Source of the DNA: Chrysomallon squamiferum
Lineage: Eukaryota; Animalia; Mollusca
Length of the DNA stretch: 64,000 bases
Assembly (NCBI GenBank): GCA_012295275.1
Contig: CM022670.1
Span: 1-64,000 of the forward strand
Direction of reading: 5' to 3'
The position numbers and the translations under genes were made by a program. Under the pieces are notes generated by a model. The model did not search any database. It was not told the origin of the DNA and worked only from the letters and a program-made list of their open reading frames with translations. Numbering within the stretch: position 1 is the first letter of the stretch; the number at the start of each line of letters is the position of its first letter. Shown here piece after piece: positions 1 through 13,353 of this stretch.

Positions 1-3000
1 GAAACGAAAAAATTCGATTTTCAAAAATTGAAAATCCGTGTGGCACTATTCCGTGTGGTCGGGAAAAATATTTCGACGTGTGCAAAAGGTGCGCGCCGTC
101 GGGGCGAGTGTGGCAAAAACGTTTCCAACATTTTCCAAAGGTGCTGCACCTTTTGAAAATGCGTTTGAAAAAAAAAACGAGCAAATTTTCAAAAACATGT
201 GCGTTTTTTGTGCACGTGTCGGAAACGAGTTGTTCCCCTTGGGTGGGGCGTGCGGCACTTTTGACCCGTGTCGGGCAACCCTTGCCCCACTTTTGGGTAT
301 GTGCGCCCGATTTTTCCCACGTGCTCAGAAAAAGTTATTGCACTTTGAAAAAGGTACCCCTAGCATTTTCAACGAAACTTGAAAAAATTCGATTTTCAAA
401 AATTGAAAATCCGTGTGGCACTATTCCGTGTGGTCGGGAAAAATATTTCGACGTGTGCAAAAGGTGCGCGCCGTCGGGGCGAGTGTGGCAAAAACGTTTC
501 CAACATTTTCCAAAGGTGCTGCACCTTTTGAAAATGCGTTTGAAAGAAAAAACAGCAAATTTTCAAAAACATGTGCGTTTTTTGTGCACGTGTCGGAAAC
601 GAGTTGTTCCCCTTGGGTGGGGCGTGCGGCACTTTTGACCCGTGTCGGGCAACCCTTGCCCCATTTTTTGGTATGTGCGCCCGATTTTTCCCACGTGCTC
701 AGAAAAAGTTATTGCACTTTGAAAAAGGTACCCCTAGCATTTTCAACGAAACTTGAAAAAATTCGATTTTCAAAAATTGAAAATCCGTGTGGCACTATTC
801 CGTGTGGTCGGGAAAAATATTTCGACGTGTGCAAAAGGTGCGCGCCGTCGGGGCGAGTGTGGCAAAAACGTTTCCAACATTTTCCAAAGGTGCTGCACCT
901 TTTGAAAATGCGTTTGAAAAAAAAAACGAGCAAATTTTCAAAAACATGTGCGTTTTTTGTGCACGTGTCGGAAACGAGTTGTTCCCCTTGGGTGGGGCGT
1001 GCGGCACTTTTGACCCGTGTCGGGCAACCCTTGCCCCACTTTTGGGTATGTGCGCCCGATTTTTCCCACGTGCTCAGAAAAAGTTATTGCACTTTGAAAA
1101 AAAAATACCCCTAGCATTTTCAACGAAACTTGAAAAAATTCGATTTTCAAAAATTGAAAATCCGTGTGGCACTATTCCGTGTGGTCGGGAAAAATATTTC
1201 GACGTGTGCAAAAGGTGCGCGCCGTCGGGGCGAGTGTGGCAAAAACGTTTCCAACATTTTCCAAAGGTGCTGCACCTTTTGAAAATGCGTTTGAAAAAAA
1301 AAAACGAGCAAATTTTCAAAAACATGTGCGTTTTTTGTGCACGTGTCGGAAACGAGTTGTTCCCCTTGGGTGGGGCGTGCGGCACTTTTGACCCGTGTCG
1401 GGCAACCCTTGCCCCACTTTTGGGTATGTGCGCCCGATTTTTCCCACGTGCTCGGAAAAAGTTATTGCACTTTGAAAAAGGTACCCCTAGCATTTTCAAC
1501 GAAACTTGAAAAAATTCGATTTTCAAAAATTGAAAATCCGTGTGGCACTATTCCGTGTGGTCGGGAAAAATATTTCGACGTGTGCAAAAGGTGCGCGCCG
1601 TCGGGGCGAGTGTGGCAAAAACGTTTCCAACATTTTCCAAAGGTGCTGCACCTTTTGAAAATGCGTTTGAAAAAAAAAACGAGCAAATTTTCAAAAACAT
1701 GTGCGTTTTTTGTGCACGTGTCGGAAACGAGTTGTTCCCCTTGGGTGGGGCGTGCGGCACTTTTGACCCGTGTCGGGCAACCCTTGCCCCACTTTTGGGT
1801 ATGTGCGCCCGATTTTTCCCACGTGCTCGGAAAAAGTTATTGCACTTTGAAAAAGGTACCCCTAGCATTTTCAACGAAACTTGAAAAAATTCGATTTTCA
1901 AAAATTGAAAATCCGTGTGGCACTATTCCGTGTGGTCGGGAAAAATATTTCGACGTGTGCAAAAGGTGCGCGCCGTCGGGGCGAGTGGGCAAAAACGTTT
2001 CCAACATTTTCCAAAGGTGCTGCACCTTTTGAAAATGCGTTTGAAAAAAAAAAAAACGAGCAAATTTTCAAAAACATGTGCGTTTTTTGTGCACGTGTCG
2101 GAAACGAGTTGTTCCCCTTGGGTGGGGCGTGCGGCACTTTTTTGACCCGTGTCGGGCAACCCTTGCCCCACTTTTTGGTATGTGCGCCCGATTTTTCCCA
2201 CGTGCTCGGAAAAAGTTATTGCACTTTGAAAAAGGTACCCCTAGCATTTTCAACGAAACTTGAAAAAATTCGATTTTCAAAAATTGAAAATCCGTGTGGC
2301 ACTATTCCGTGTGGTCGGGAAAAATATTTCGACGTGTGCAAAAGATGCGCGCCGTCGGGGCGAGTGTGGCAAAAACGTTTCCAACATTTTCCAAAGGTGC
2401 TGCACCTTTTGAAAATGCGTTTGAAAAAAAAAAAACGAGCAAATTTTCAAAAACATGTGCGTTTTTTGTGCACGTGTCGGAAACGAGTTGTTCCCCTTGG
2501 GTGGGGCGTGCGGCACTTTTGACCCGTGTCGGGCAACCCTTGCCCCACTTTTGGGTATGTGCGCCCGATTTTTCCCACGTGCTCAGAAAAAATTATTGCA
2601 CTTTGAAAAAGGTACCCCTAGCATTTTCAACGAAACTTGAAAAAATTCGATTTTCAAAAATTGAAAATCCGTGTGGCACTATTCCGTGTGGTCGGGAAAA
2701 ATATTTCGACGTGTGCAAAAGGTGCGCGCCGTCGGGGCGAGTGTGGCAAAACGTTTCCAACATTTTCCAAAGGTGCTGCACCTTTTGAAAATGCGTTTGA
2801 AAAAAAAACGAGCAAATTTTCAAAAACATGTGCGTTTTTTGTGCACGTGTCGGAAACGAGTTGTTCCCCTTGGGTGGGGCGTGCGGCACTTTTGACCCGT
2901 GTCGGGCAACCCTTGCCCCACTTTTGGGTATGTGCGCCCGATTTTTCCCACGTGCTCGGAAAAAATTATTGCACTTTGAAAAAGGTACCCCTAGCATTTT

Positions 3001-6000
3001 CAACGAAACTTGAAAAAATTCGATTTTCAAAAATTGAAAATCCGTGTGGCACTATTCCGTGTGGTCGGGAAAAATATTTCGACGTGTGCAAAAGGTGCGC
3101 GCCGTCGGGGCGAGTGTGGCAAAAAAAACGTTTCCAACATTTTCCAAAGGTGCTGCACCTTTTGAAAATGCGTTTGAAAAAAAAAACGAGCAAATTTTCA
3201 AAAACATGTGCGTTTTTTGTGCACGTGTCGGAAACGAGTTGTTCCCCTTGGGTGGGGCGTGCGGCACTTTTGACCCGTGTCGGGCAACCCTTGCCCCACT
3301 TTTGGGTATGTGCGCCCGATTTTTCCCACGTGCTCGGAAAAAATTATTGCACTTTGAAAAAGGTACCCCTAGCATTTTCAACGAAACTTGAAAAAATTCG
3401 ATTTTCAAAAATTGAAAATCCGTGTGGCACTATTCCGTGTGGTCGGGAAAAATATTTCGACGTGTGCAAAAGGTGCGCGCCGTCGGGGCGAGTGTGGCAA
3501 AAACGTTTCCAACATTTTCCAAAGGTGCTGCACCTTTTGAAAATGCGTTTGAAAAAAAAACGAGCAAATTTTCAAAAACATGTGCGTTTTTTGTGCACGT
3601 GTCGGAAACGAGTTGTTCCCCTTGGGTGGGGCGTGCGGCACTTTTTTTGACCCGTGTCGGGCAACCCTTGCCCCACTTTTGGGTATGTGCGCCCGATTTT
3701 TCCCACGTGCTCGGAAAAAGTTATTGCACTTTGAAAAAGGTACCCCTAGCATTTTCAACGAAACTTGAAAAAATTCGATTTTCAAAAATTGAAAATCCGT
3801 GTGGCACTATTCCGTGTGGTCGGGAAAAATATTTCGACGTGTGCAAAAGGTGCGCGCCGTCGGGGCGAGTGTGGCAAAAACGTTTCCAACATTTTCCAAA
3901 GGTGCTGCACCTTTTGAAAATGCGTTTGAAAAAAAAACGAGCAAATTTTCAAAAACATGTGCGTTTTTTGTGCACGTGTCGGAAACGAGTTGTTCCCCTT
4001 GGGTGGGGCGTGCGGCACTTTTGACCCGTGTCGGGCAACCCTTGCCCCACTTTTGGGTATGTGCGCCCGATTTTTCCCACGTGCTCGGAAAAAGTTATTG
4101 CACTTTGAAAAAGGTACCCCTAGCATTTTCAACGAAACTTGAAAAAATTCGATTTTCAAAAATTGAAAATCCGTGTGGCACTATTCCGTGTGGTCGGGAA
4201 AAATATTTCGACGTGTGCAAAAGGTGCGCGCCGTCGGGGCGAGTGTGGCAAAAACGACGTTCCAACATTTTCCAAAGGTGCTGCACCTTTTGAAAATGCG
4301 TTTGAAAAAAAAACGAGCAAATTTTCAAAAACATGTGCGTTTTTTGTGCACGTGTCGGAAACGAGTTGTTCCCCTTTGGGTGGGGCGTGCGGCACTTTTT
4401 TGACCCGTGTCGGGCAACCCTTGCCCCACTTTTGGGTATGTGCGCCCGATTTTTCCCACGTGCTCGGAAAAAGTTATTGCACTTTGAAAAAGGTACCCCT
4501 AGCATTTTCAACGAAACTTGAAAAAATTCGATTTTCAAAAATTGAAAATCCGTGTGGCACTATTCCGTGTGGTCGGGAAAAATATTTCGACGTGTGCAAA
4601 AGGTGCGCGCCGTCGGGGCGAGTGTGGCAAAAACGTTTCCAACATTTTCCAAAGGTGCTGCACCTTTTGAAAATGCGTTTGAAAAAAAAAACGAGCAAAT
4701 TTTCAAAAACATGTGCGTTTTTTGTGCACGTGTCGGAAACGAGTTGTTCCCCTTGGGTGGGGCGTGCGGCACTTTTGACCCGTGTCGGGCAACCCTTGCC
4801 CCACTTTTGGGTATGTGCGCCCGATTTTTCCCACGTGCTCGGAAAAAGTTATTGCACTTTGAAAAAGGTACCCCTAGCATTTTCAACGAAACTTGAAAAA
4901 ATTCGATTTTCAAAAATTGAAAATCCGTGTGGCACTATTCCGTGTGGTCGGGAAAAATATTTCGACGTGTGCAAAAGGTGCGCGCCGTCGGGGCGAGTGT
5001 GGCAAAAACGTTCCAACATTTTCCAAAGGTGCTGCACCTTTTGAAAATGCGTTTGAAAAAAAAAACGAGCAAATTTTCAAAAACATGTGCGTTTTTTGTG
5101 CACGTGTCGGAAACGAGTTGTTCCCCTTGGGTGGGGCGTGCGGCACTTTTGACCCGTGTCGGGCAACCCTTGCCCCACTTTTGGGTATGTGCGCCCGATT
5201 TTTCCCACGTGCTCGGAAAAAGTTATTGCACTTTGAAAAAAGGTACCCCTAGCATTTTCAACGAAACTTGAAAAAAAATCGATTTTCAAAAATTGAAAAT
5301 CCGTGTGGCACTATTCCGTGTGGTCGGGAAAAATATTTCGACGTGTGCAAAAGGTGCGCGCCGTCGGGGCGAGTGTGGCAAAAACGTTTCCAACATTTTC
5401 CAAAGGTGCTGCACCTTTTGAAAATGCGTTTGAAAAAAAAACGAGCAAATTTTCAAAAACATGTGCGTTTTTTGTGCACGTGTCGGAAACGAGTTGTTCC
5501 CCTTGGGTGGGGCGTGCGGCACTTTTGACCCGTGTCGGGCAACCCTTGCCCCACTTTTGGGTATGTGCGCCCGATTTTTCCCACGTGCTCGGAAAAAGTT
5601 ATTGCACTTTGAAAAAGGTACCCCTAGCATTTTCAACGAAACTTGAAAAAATTCGATTTTCAAAAGTTGAAAATCCGTGTGGCACTATTCCGTGTGGTCG
5701 GGAAAAATATTTCGACGTGTGCAAAAGGTGCGCGCCGTCGGGGCGAGTGTGGCAAAAACGTTTCCAACATTTTCCAAAGGTGCTGCACCTTTTGAAAATG
5801 CGTTTGAAAAAAAAAATTTTCAAAAAATTTTTTTGTGTGTGCACGTGTCGGAAACGAGTTGTTCCCCTTCCCGTTGGTGGGACACTTTGACCCGTGTCGG
5901 GCACCCGTGTCGGGCAACCCTTGCCCCACTTTTGGGTATGTGCGCCCGATTTTTCCCACGTGCTCAGAAAAAGTTATTGCACTTTGAAAAAGTACAGGGA

Positions 6001-6055
6001 ATAAAACTAGCATTTTCAACGAAACTTGAAAAAAAAATCGATTTTCAAAATTGAA
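1..6055. repeat. ~375-bp tandem satellite, ~16 copies, truncated at window start
   Basis: The same unit recurs with the motif GTGTGGCACTATTCC near 38, 413, 787, 1164, 1540, 1915, 2294, 2671, 3044, 3422, 3799, 4173, 4552, 4927, 5303 and 5677. Copies differ mostly in homopolymer length. The last copy is degenerate. Confidence 0.98.
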
Positions 6056-7075
6056 AAACACAAACCACAGAGGACAAGGCACATAAAACATCAGACCACA
6101 GCATTCAAAACAGCAGCCCACAGGACAACAAGGCACAGAAAAAACAACACCAGACCACAACTTGCACCAAACATACCATGTACCAAATTATCAAGACATA
6201 ACATGCACACTAGCCACCACATTGTGCTATTGTGTGTCTTCCGTGTTATGTTTGTGTTGTGTAAGTGGTACATGTTGTGTATGGTGCCCGTGTGGTGTGC
6301 ACAAGACAGAACAACACAACAAACCACACATACATGACACCCAGAACATCATATATAACATAATGTACATCACACACAAAACACAAACATGCAGCAACAA
6401 GAAACAGATACGATAAGCATAATAGAGACGCCGCGAAGGACAAAGCTTGCAACAACAGGACACATACCAGATAAAACAAAACACAAAACTCTTGCTCAAG
6501 CATACACAGACACATACATCTATCCAGTACACACACTAAACAGCACACAGGACATAAAACAGAGACAGCAGCAGCATAGGGCATACAAAACTGACATACA
6601 GACAACATCAGACACAAACATACAAAAATGCATACGTGACACATATCATACAGGACAAGGAACATAAAACATCAAACCACAGGATTAAAAACAACACATC
6701 ACAGGACACCTACAACATTACACAAAACACAAAATTCTCATCTAAAGCACACACATACAATACAGACACTACACGCTGCACCGGACATAAAACGCAAACA
6801 TCAGAAGCAGAGGCCACAAAAAACACAGATAAAAATATCGCCAGATAAAAAGCTCAACCAGCAACAGCATAGGGTAAAAAAATAATACAGAAATAGATCT
6901 TGCAACATCGAATACCAGCAAGACACGACTTTTGGTGGGGACGGGTTTGAAGAAAATAAGGAAAAGAAAAAACAAAAAGAAAAGGAGTGGACTCTCCGCC
7001 CATTGAAGGAAAAAATATATTATTAAACTGCCAATACGTGGAAAAAATTAGAAACACATTTTGTAAATATTTTCC
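6056..7075. repeat. Degenerate A/C-rich low-complexity or cryptic minisatellite junction region
   Basis: T-poor strand with a recurring core like CAGGACA..ACATAAAACA. 6071-6101 and 6652-6682 match at 29/31 nt. May be low-quality consensus. Confidence 0.6.
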
Positions 7076-7232
7076 AACCCTAACCCTAACCCTAACCCTA
7101 ACCCTAACCCTAACCCTAACCCTAACCCTAACCCTAAACCTAAACCTAAACCTAACATGACTGACCCTAACCCTAACCCTAAACCTAAACCTAACCCCAA
7201 ACCTAAACCCTAACCCTAATCCTAATCCTAAC
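7076..7232 (-). repeat. Telomeric-type (TAACCC)n / (TTAGGG)n array with variant repeats
   Basis: Nine perfect TAACCC units at 7081-7134, followed by TAAACC, TGACCC and TAATCC variants to 7232. Confidence 0.95.
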
Positions 7233-10093
7233 ATTTTTTAACTGGCTTAGAAACAATAAAAAAATACCTTTAATAAACGACACTATAAACAACAGGGGTT
7301 GGACCTTTGTTAATACAACGATATCGTAGACTAACAATGTTCATAATGACACTTTCGAGATCATGAGTATTTTTTCAGCATGTTAAAGATAGCGTTATAC
7401 ATAACGACACATTCAGGATCATGACGCCAGAAGTCAAAGCAGTACCTTTAATACTTGAATTACCAGGTGTATTTGTATGTTTTGTCAGTTCTACTTTGGA
7501 GTCTGATCTAAGCGATCTAGTGATCTGCTCCGAGCAAATTCTACTTAGGTGTGTGATCTATGCACTTATTTTAATTATTATTTTGTTTATTCTTAGTTTT
7601 TTAATATTATTATACACGGCATAAATTAAACAAATTTTCATTTTACTACATATTTATAATTTATAGGAACAAGGGCTAAAAAGTATACAAATTTGAATTG
7701 AGTGAACATCAAGCTAAAAACGCACTCCTCTCCTCTTTTTCAAAATACAAATTTTCGAATCCAACCAGGTATTGCTTGAGTATTGGAAATTTAGACGATT
7801 AGAATTGGAGTATGCTGGATATTCGTCGGAATGAATGAAAACTCATGTATTTAATCAAAATTGAATTTCGCCTGCATGTTATGTTCTTATATATGTATCA
7901 TGCATTAATCTTTAAGGATTTTAAGATCTTCTTCTCATATTATAGAAATTTCCTAGATATTTGTTTTGCTGTAGATCGCTCTTTAGGTAAAAGATCACAC
8001 GCAAAGGATAGTTTCATGACGTGTAGAACACACGTCAAAGTAGCACCACTTTGTCTGTGTAAATGTACTGTACCTGTATAGCTGTGTTACAATAACACAA
8101 CGAAATAGCTGGCAAATACTGGATTAAAACAGAAAATTGTGCAATAAAGAATTTATTTAACTGTTTTGTTTTGGGGTTTTTTTTGGGGGGGGTTGTTGTT
8201 TTGTTTCTATTTGTGGAGTTCGGAGAGAGAAAGCTGTTGCTTTTTTGTGTTGTTATTTGTTTGTTTTTTTTTTTTTTTGTTCAGTCTGACTGATAATGTG
8301 TCTATAATTAAACTTGATGAGAGATATTCAGTGCAGGGTCCAGTATCAACAGAATTTATAGATTCCTTGTTCCTGAGAACAAATGTGCCAAATACATATA
8401 TACAATTCCCTTACCCACAAAACAAAAAGAAAAAAGAATACAAGTTGAGTAGGCAAGATTGTGATATATGAAAGGTTTTCCAACAGATGTAACATTAATA
8501 AATTTATTGTTTTTTATAGTTATACCTATAGGCTATCTATTATACAAGCTACATACAAAAAAGCAATCAGTTTCATGTTTAGACTTTAATAATAGTTTAA
8601 AGTTATCTCCTAATACTCTAAATGTCTGAAACATTTCCGATTCCAAGTGTTTAAGATCCTCATCCTGTAATTATTAACTTGAGGTTTTAACAGAAATGGT
8701 GGGAATACAGGACTATGTTTAATAAATCAGATTATAGAAACTGCAGCTAAAGCTTTAACTCATATATATCCAAAAAATACATAAAGGCAGATCCACATTT
8801 CCTGAGAAAAGTGGTTACATTAATTATAAAGATGAAACTTTAAAAATGAGTACTAAAAATTTAATCTATACATCCCATCACATGAAAAACACTTAGTTCT
8901 GCAAATAAAAAAAAAACCAAGAATTGGATTAATGAATTACTTAAGTTTTAATATTTATTTTTAAAAAGTTTTTATTTATTACAATATATAATACATTTGT
9001 CAGAAAAACAAATGTGAAAAAATTATAATTTCTGTATTCAACAGTATGAAATGAGCAATTTTAGTTTATAGACTAAGGTGATCAGATACTTAGGAATTGC
9101 TGGAATGAAACGTTTCATCCAGAAAATTTTGTTAGCTTATGTAAGTGAAAAAGATATAATAAACAACAAGAAGAAGAAACACTGATTTATTTTATTTTAT
9201 TTTATTTTTTTTATTTTTTTTTTTTAAACTATAATTTAATTATTTTTAAAAATAACAACAGCACAATTTCATTTCAATCCTATTTTACATATACTAACCC
9301 TTCACTCTGTATTTTAAGCTGCTTATATTGCTGTTTCATTTTATTTATGTTTAGCCAAGTATATAATATTATTTTATATGTGTCACCATAACCACACTCA
9401 AGAATATGAATGTGTACATTATACAGTTCTTCTTTTAAACATTTCACCAAACTACACACACCAATGAATTATCCAAACTGCTTTCATCATTTGTACTTTC
9501 TTTGTAAATAATAGTTTAAACCCACAGCTCTTGTTAGGTGTACTTTATGGATGACCCCTTAAAATACATCACAGATAGGCTTAGCAAACTAGGATATGAA
9601 GAATAATTGCAAATGGCCAAATTAACATTATAATTTTATACATAAACAGGGCTTTGCTTATATAAACAAAATGGCCAAATTAACACAATTGTTTAAAGAT
9701 CAAAGCACCATGAATCAAAGCAAAATGCTCTCATAGACTAAGTTAAACATTTAACAGATAAAATTAAATGAATTCAGAGCATGCTGCTGTTCTAAAAAAT
9801 AAATAAATAATAAAAGTTTCTTTGGCTTAGCGTAAATGGTAATAAAAAATCAAGTAGTATACTATTGAAAAAAAATAATAATAATAAAACCCAACATTTT
9901 CATCAAACAGAAAAAAACCCTAAAATATAACTAACATTAAGATTATTTGCACATTATTATCAATGATTAAAAATAAATAATGTTGCTGTGGGTGGGGTAA
10001 AAGCTGAATTTAAAAACATCACTTCAATACTGACAGCATTTTTCATTTGTTTTTTTGTACTATATTCATGTATTCTGAATTTTGAAACAAATA

Positions 10094-10865
10094 CAGTGGT
10101 ACCATGACTTAAGAGTTTAACTTGTTCCGTGACTGAGCTAGTAACTCAATTTGCTCATATATTAAATCAATTTTCCTAACTGAAATTAATTGAAATACCA
10201 TTAATCCATTCAAGCCCCCCAAAAAACTGTTTATTTTTATTTTTGTAATGTGTTTTTAAATAAGAAAAATTTCTTTACAAATGACAAATATTGTATAAAA
10301 AAACAAAATAAAAGAGAATGTAAAGAAATAAACTGGTTTTGTAAAGTGTATTTATCTTGGAGATCAGATAAATTATTTGAACATCTTTGGCTGGAGTTGT
10401 AGCCTTTATCGACTCCTTCTGCTTCAGTATGATACACATCGTAGAAGTACTACACTCGTACTTCCTAGCCTTGTTTACAACACACACACCTCGCTGGTGT
10501 TTTTCTATGATTTCATGCTTTAATTCAATGGACATCATCCGCTTCTTCTTCTCAGCGCTGTCCTTTGCACTCAATTTCTTAGGATCCATGATCAGAAAAA
10601 GAAATTTGGCAAAATACTACACAAAACACAAAGACAACACAACACAGATGCTTCCTCAGCAAGGTAACCACATGAAGTAAATGAGTGAGACGCAGAATGC
10701 TGGACAGATGTTGTGTTGTTCGTTGCACCAACAAGCAGTGGCTTAATTGAAGCTCACTCATAACTCAGATTTTGGCTTTCAAATCAAAGCAAAAAATTTA
10801 CCACGCAGCTACTCATAACTTGGAAAACTTGTAAGTTGGTGCACTCGTAAGTCAAGGTATCACTG
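10094..10865 (-). mobile_element. Internally deleted Tigger/pogo-type (Tc1/mariner superfamily) DNA transposon, copy 1
   Basis: TIRs are CAGTGGTACCATGACTTAAGAG and the reverse complement of CTCGTAAGTCAAGGTATCACTG. TA flanks at 10092-10093 and 10866-10867. Remnant ORF 10589-10275 (MDPKK...RMMSIELKHEIIEKHQRG...STSTMCIILKQKESI) resembles the CENP-B/Tigger N-terminal HTH. No DDE domain. Confidence 0.9.
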
Positions 10866-10940
10866 TATATTTTATATTTTGTATTTTTTAATAAATTTAT
10901 ATATATTTACTGTCATTGTTTTTGTTATTGTTATTATTGT

Positions 10941-10972
<32 letters not shown>

Positions 10973-11301
10973 ATTATTATTATTATTATGAATAAATTTG
11001 ATAAATGTTACATAGACATTATCATTCACTTTTATTAATGATCTGAGATTCTAATTAATAAATAAACTTAAAAGTTTTTAAAGATGAGTCATGTCCCTTG
11101 GATTTGTAGGTAACAGCACTCCACGATATCTTCATAAATAAAAATCATTAATCAGATTATATTAAATGAGATTTTTTTACAATTGTTTCTATCAAAGGTT
11201 AATAATTATCAACGTGCTAAACCTAATCAAAAAAAATTAATAAGTTGATTTATTAGAACCGGTTATATTTATTTTGTTATACTGAGAGAAAATTCAGATA
11301 A

Positions 11302-11336
<35 letters not shown>

Positions 11337-12048
11337 ACTGTTTCCTAATGAAAAATTTTAGGCAACATTTTCTTCAATCAAAGAGGAATAAGAATAAAAA
11401 TGTGATAGTAACTTCTAAATAATTTTACATTAACATACTGTCACAATTCAAAATTATAAAAGTAATTAGTTATATTAACACTGGTTGTATTGTAATCCAA
11501 ATGTAACGTCACTATTGCTAGATTATGAGATAATAGAATAAAACTGAAACATTTCAGGACAGAATATTAAATTTTGTTTGAGCTAGGACCTATAGTTCCA
11601 AAACTGAAGATTTCCTTTCAGTTACTTACAGCAAAATATTAAGTTCACTTGATTTGGCTTACGTTCCAGTAGTTTATAGTTTTAACATGAAAATTCTTTT
11701 TCCATTATTTACAACTGAAGTTTTATTTTCAATTTTTTTTTTTGACCATTTACCATCAAATAGTCTTTTCTGCCAAATAACCATTTCAATTTTGTTTTTC
11801 ATTTCTAATTACTCCTATCCACAAAAAATGCATGATCTTTCTGTTCATACTTAATTTGTCCAACTAAATAATTTAACTATTTTTGTTGGCAAGATAAACA
11901 TACTCTTCATAAATTTCATTACACCATCAGCATTTACAAGCCAACAGTTTCAGTATTTACAAGTTTATTTGTCAAACGAATACAAATCTGGTCATTATCT
12001 TACATAGTATTTCAGAAATAAATGTCATTCTTAATTCTTGCTAAATCT

Positions 12049-13353
<1,305 letters not shown>

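Noticed and set aside
49-63. CENP-B-box-like TTCCGTGTGGTCGGG in the satellite
   Set aside because: Only 7 of 9 essential positions match TTCG-N4-A-N2-CGGG, and CENP-B box function is established for mammals.
1-6055. CRISPR array or 5S/tRNA/snRNA gene cluster
   Set aside because: There are no unique spacers and the context is eukaryotic. No recognisable 5S, tRNA or snRNA sequence is present in the unit.
38-6160. Dozens of recurring ORFs (MWHYSVWSGK…, MPHAPPKG…)
   Set aside because: They are translations of the satellite. Frames shift with homopolymer length between copies and no domain is recognisable.
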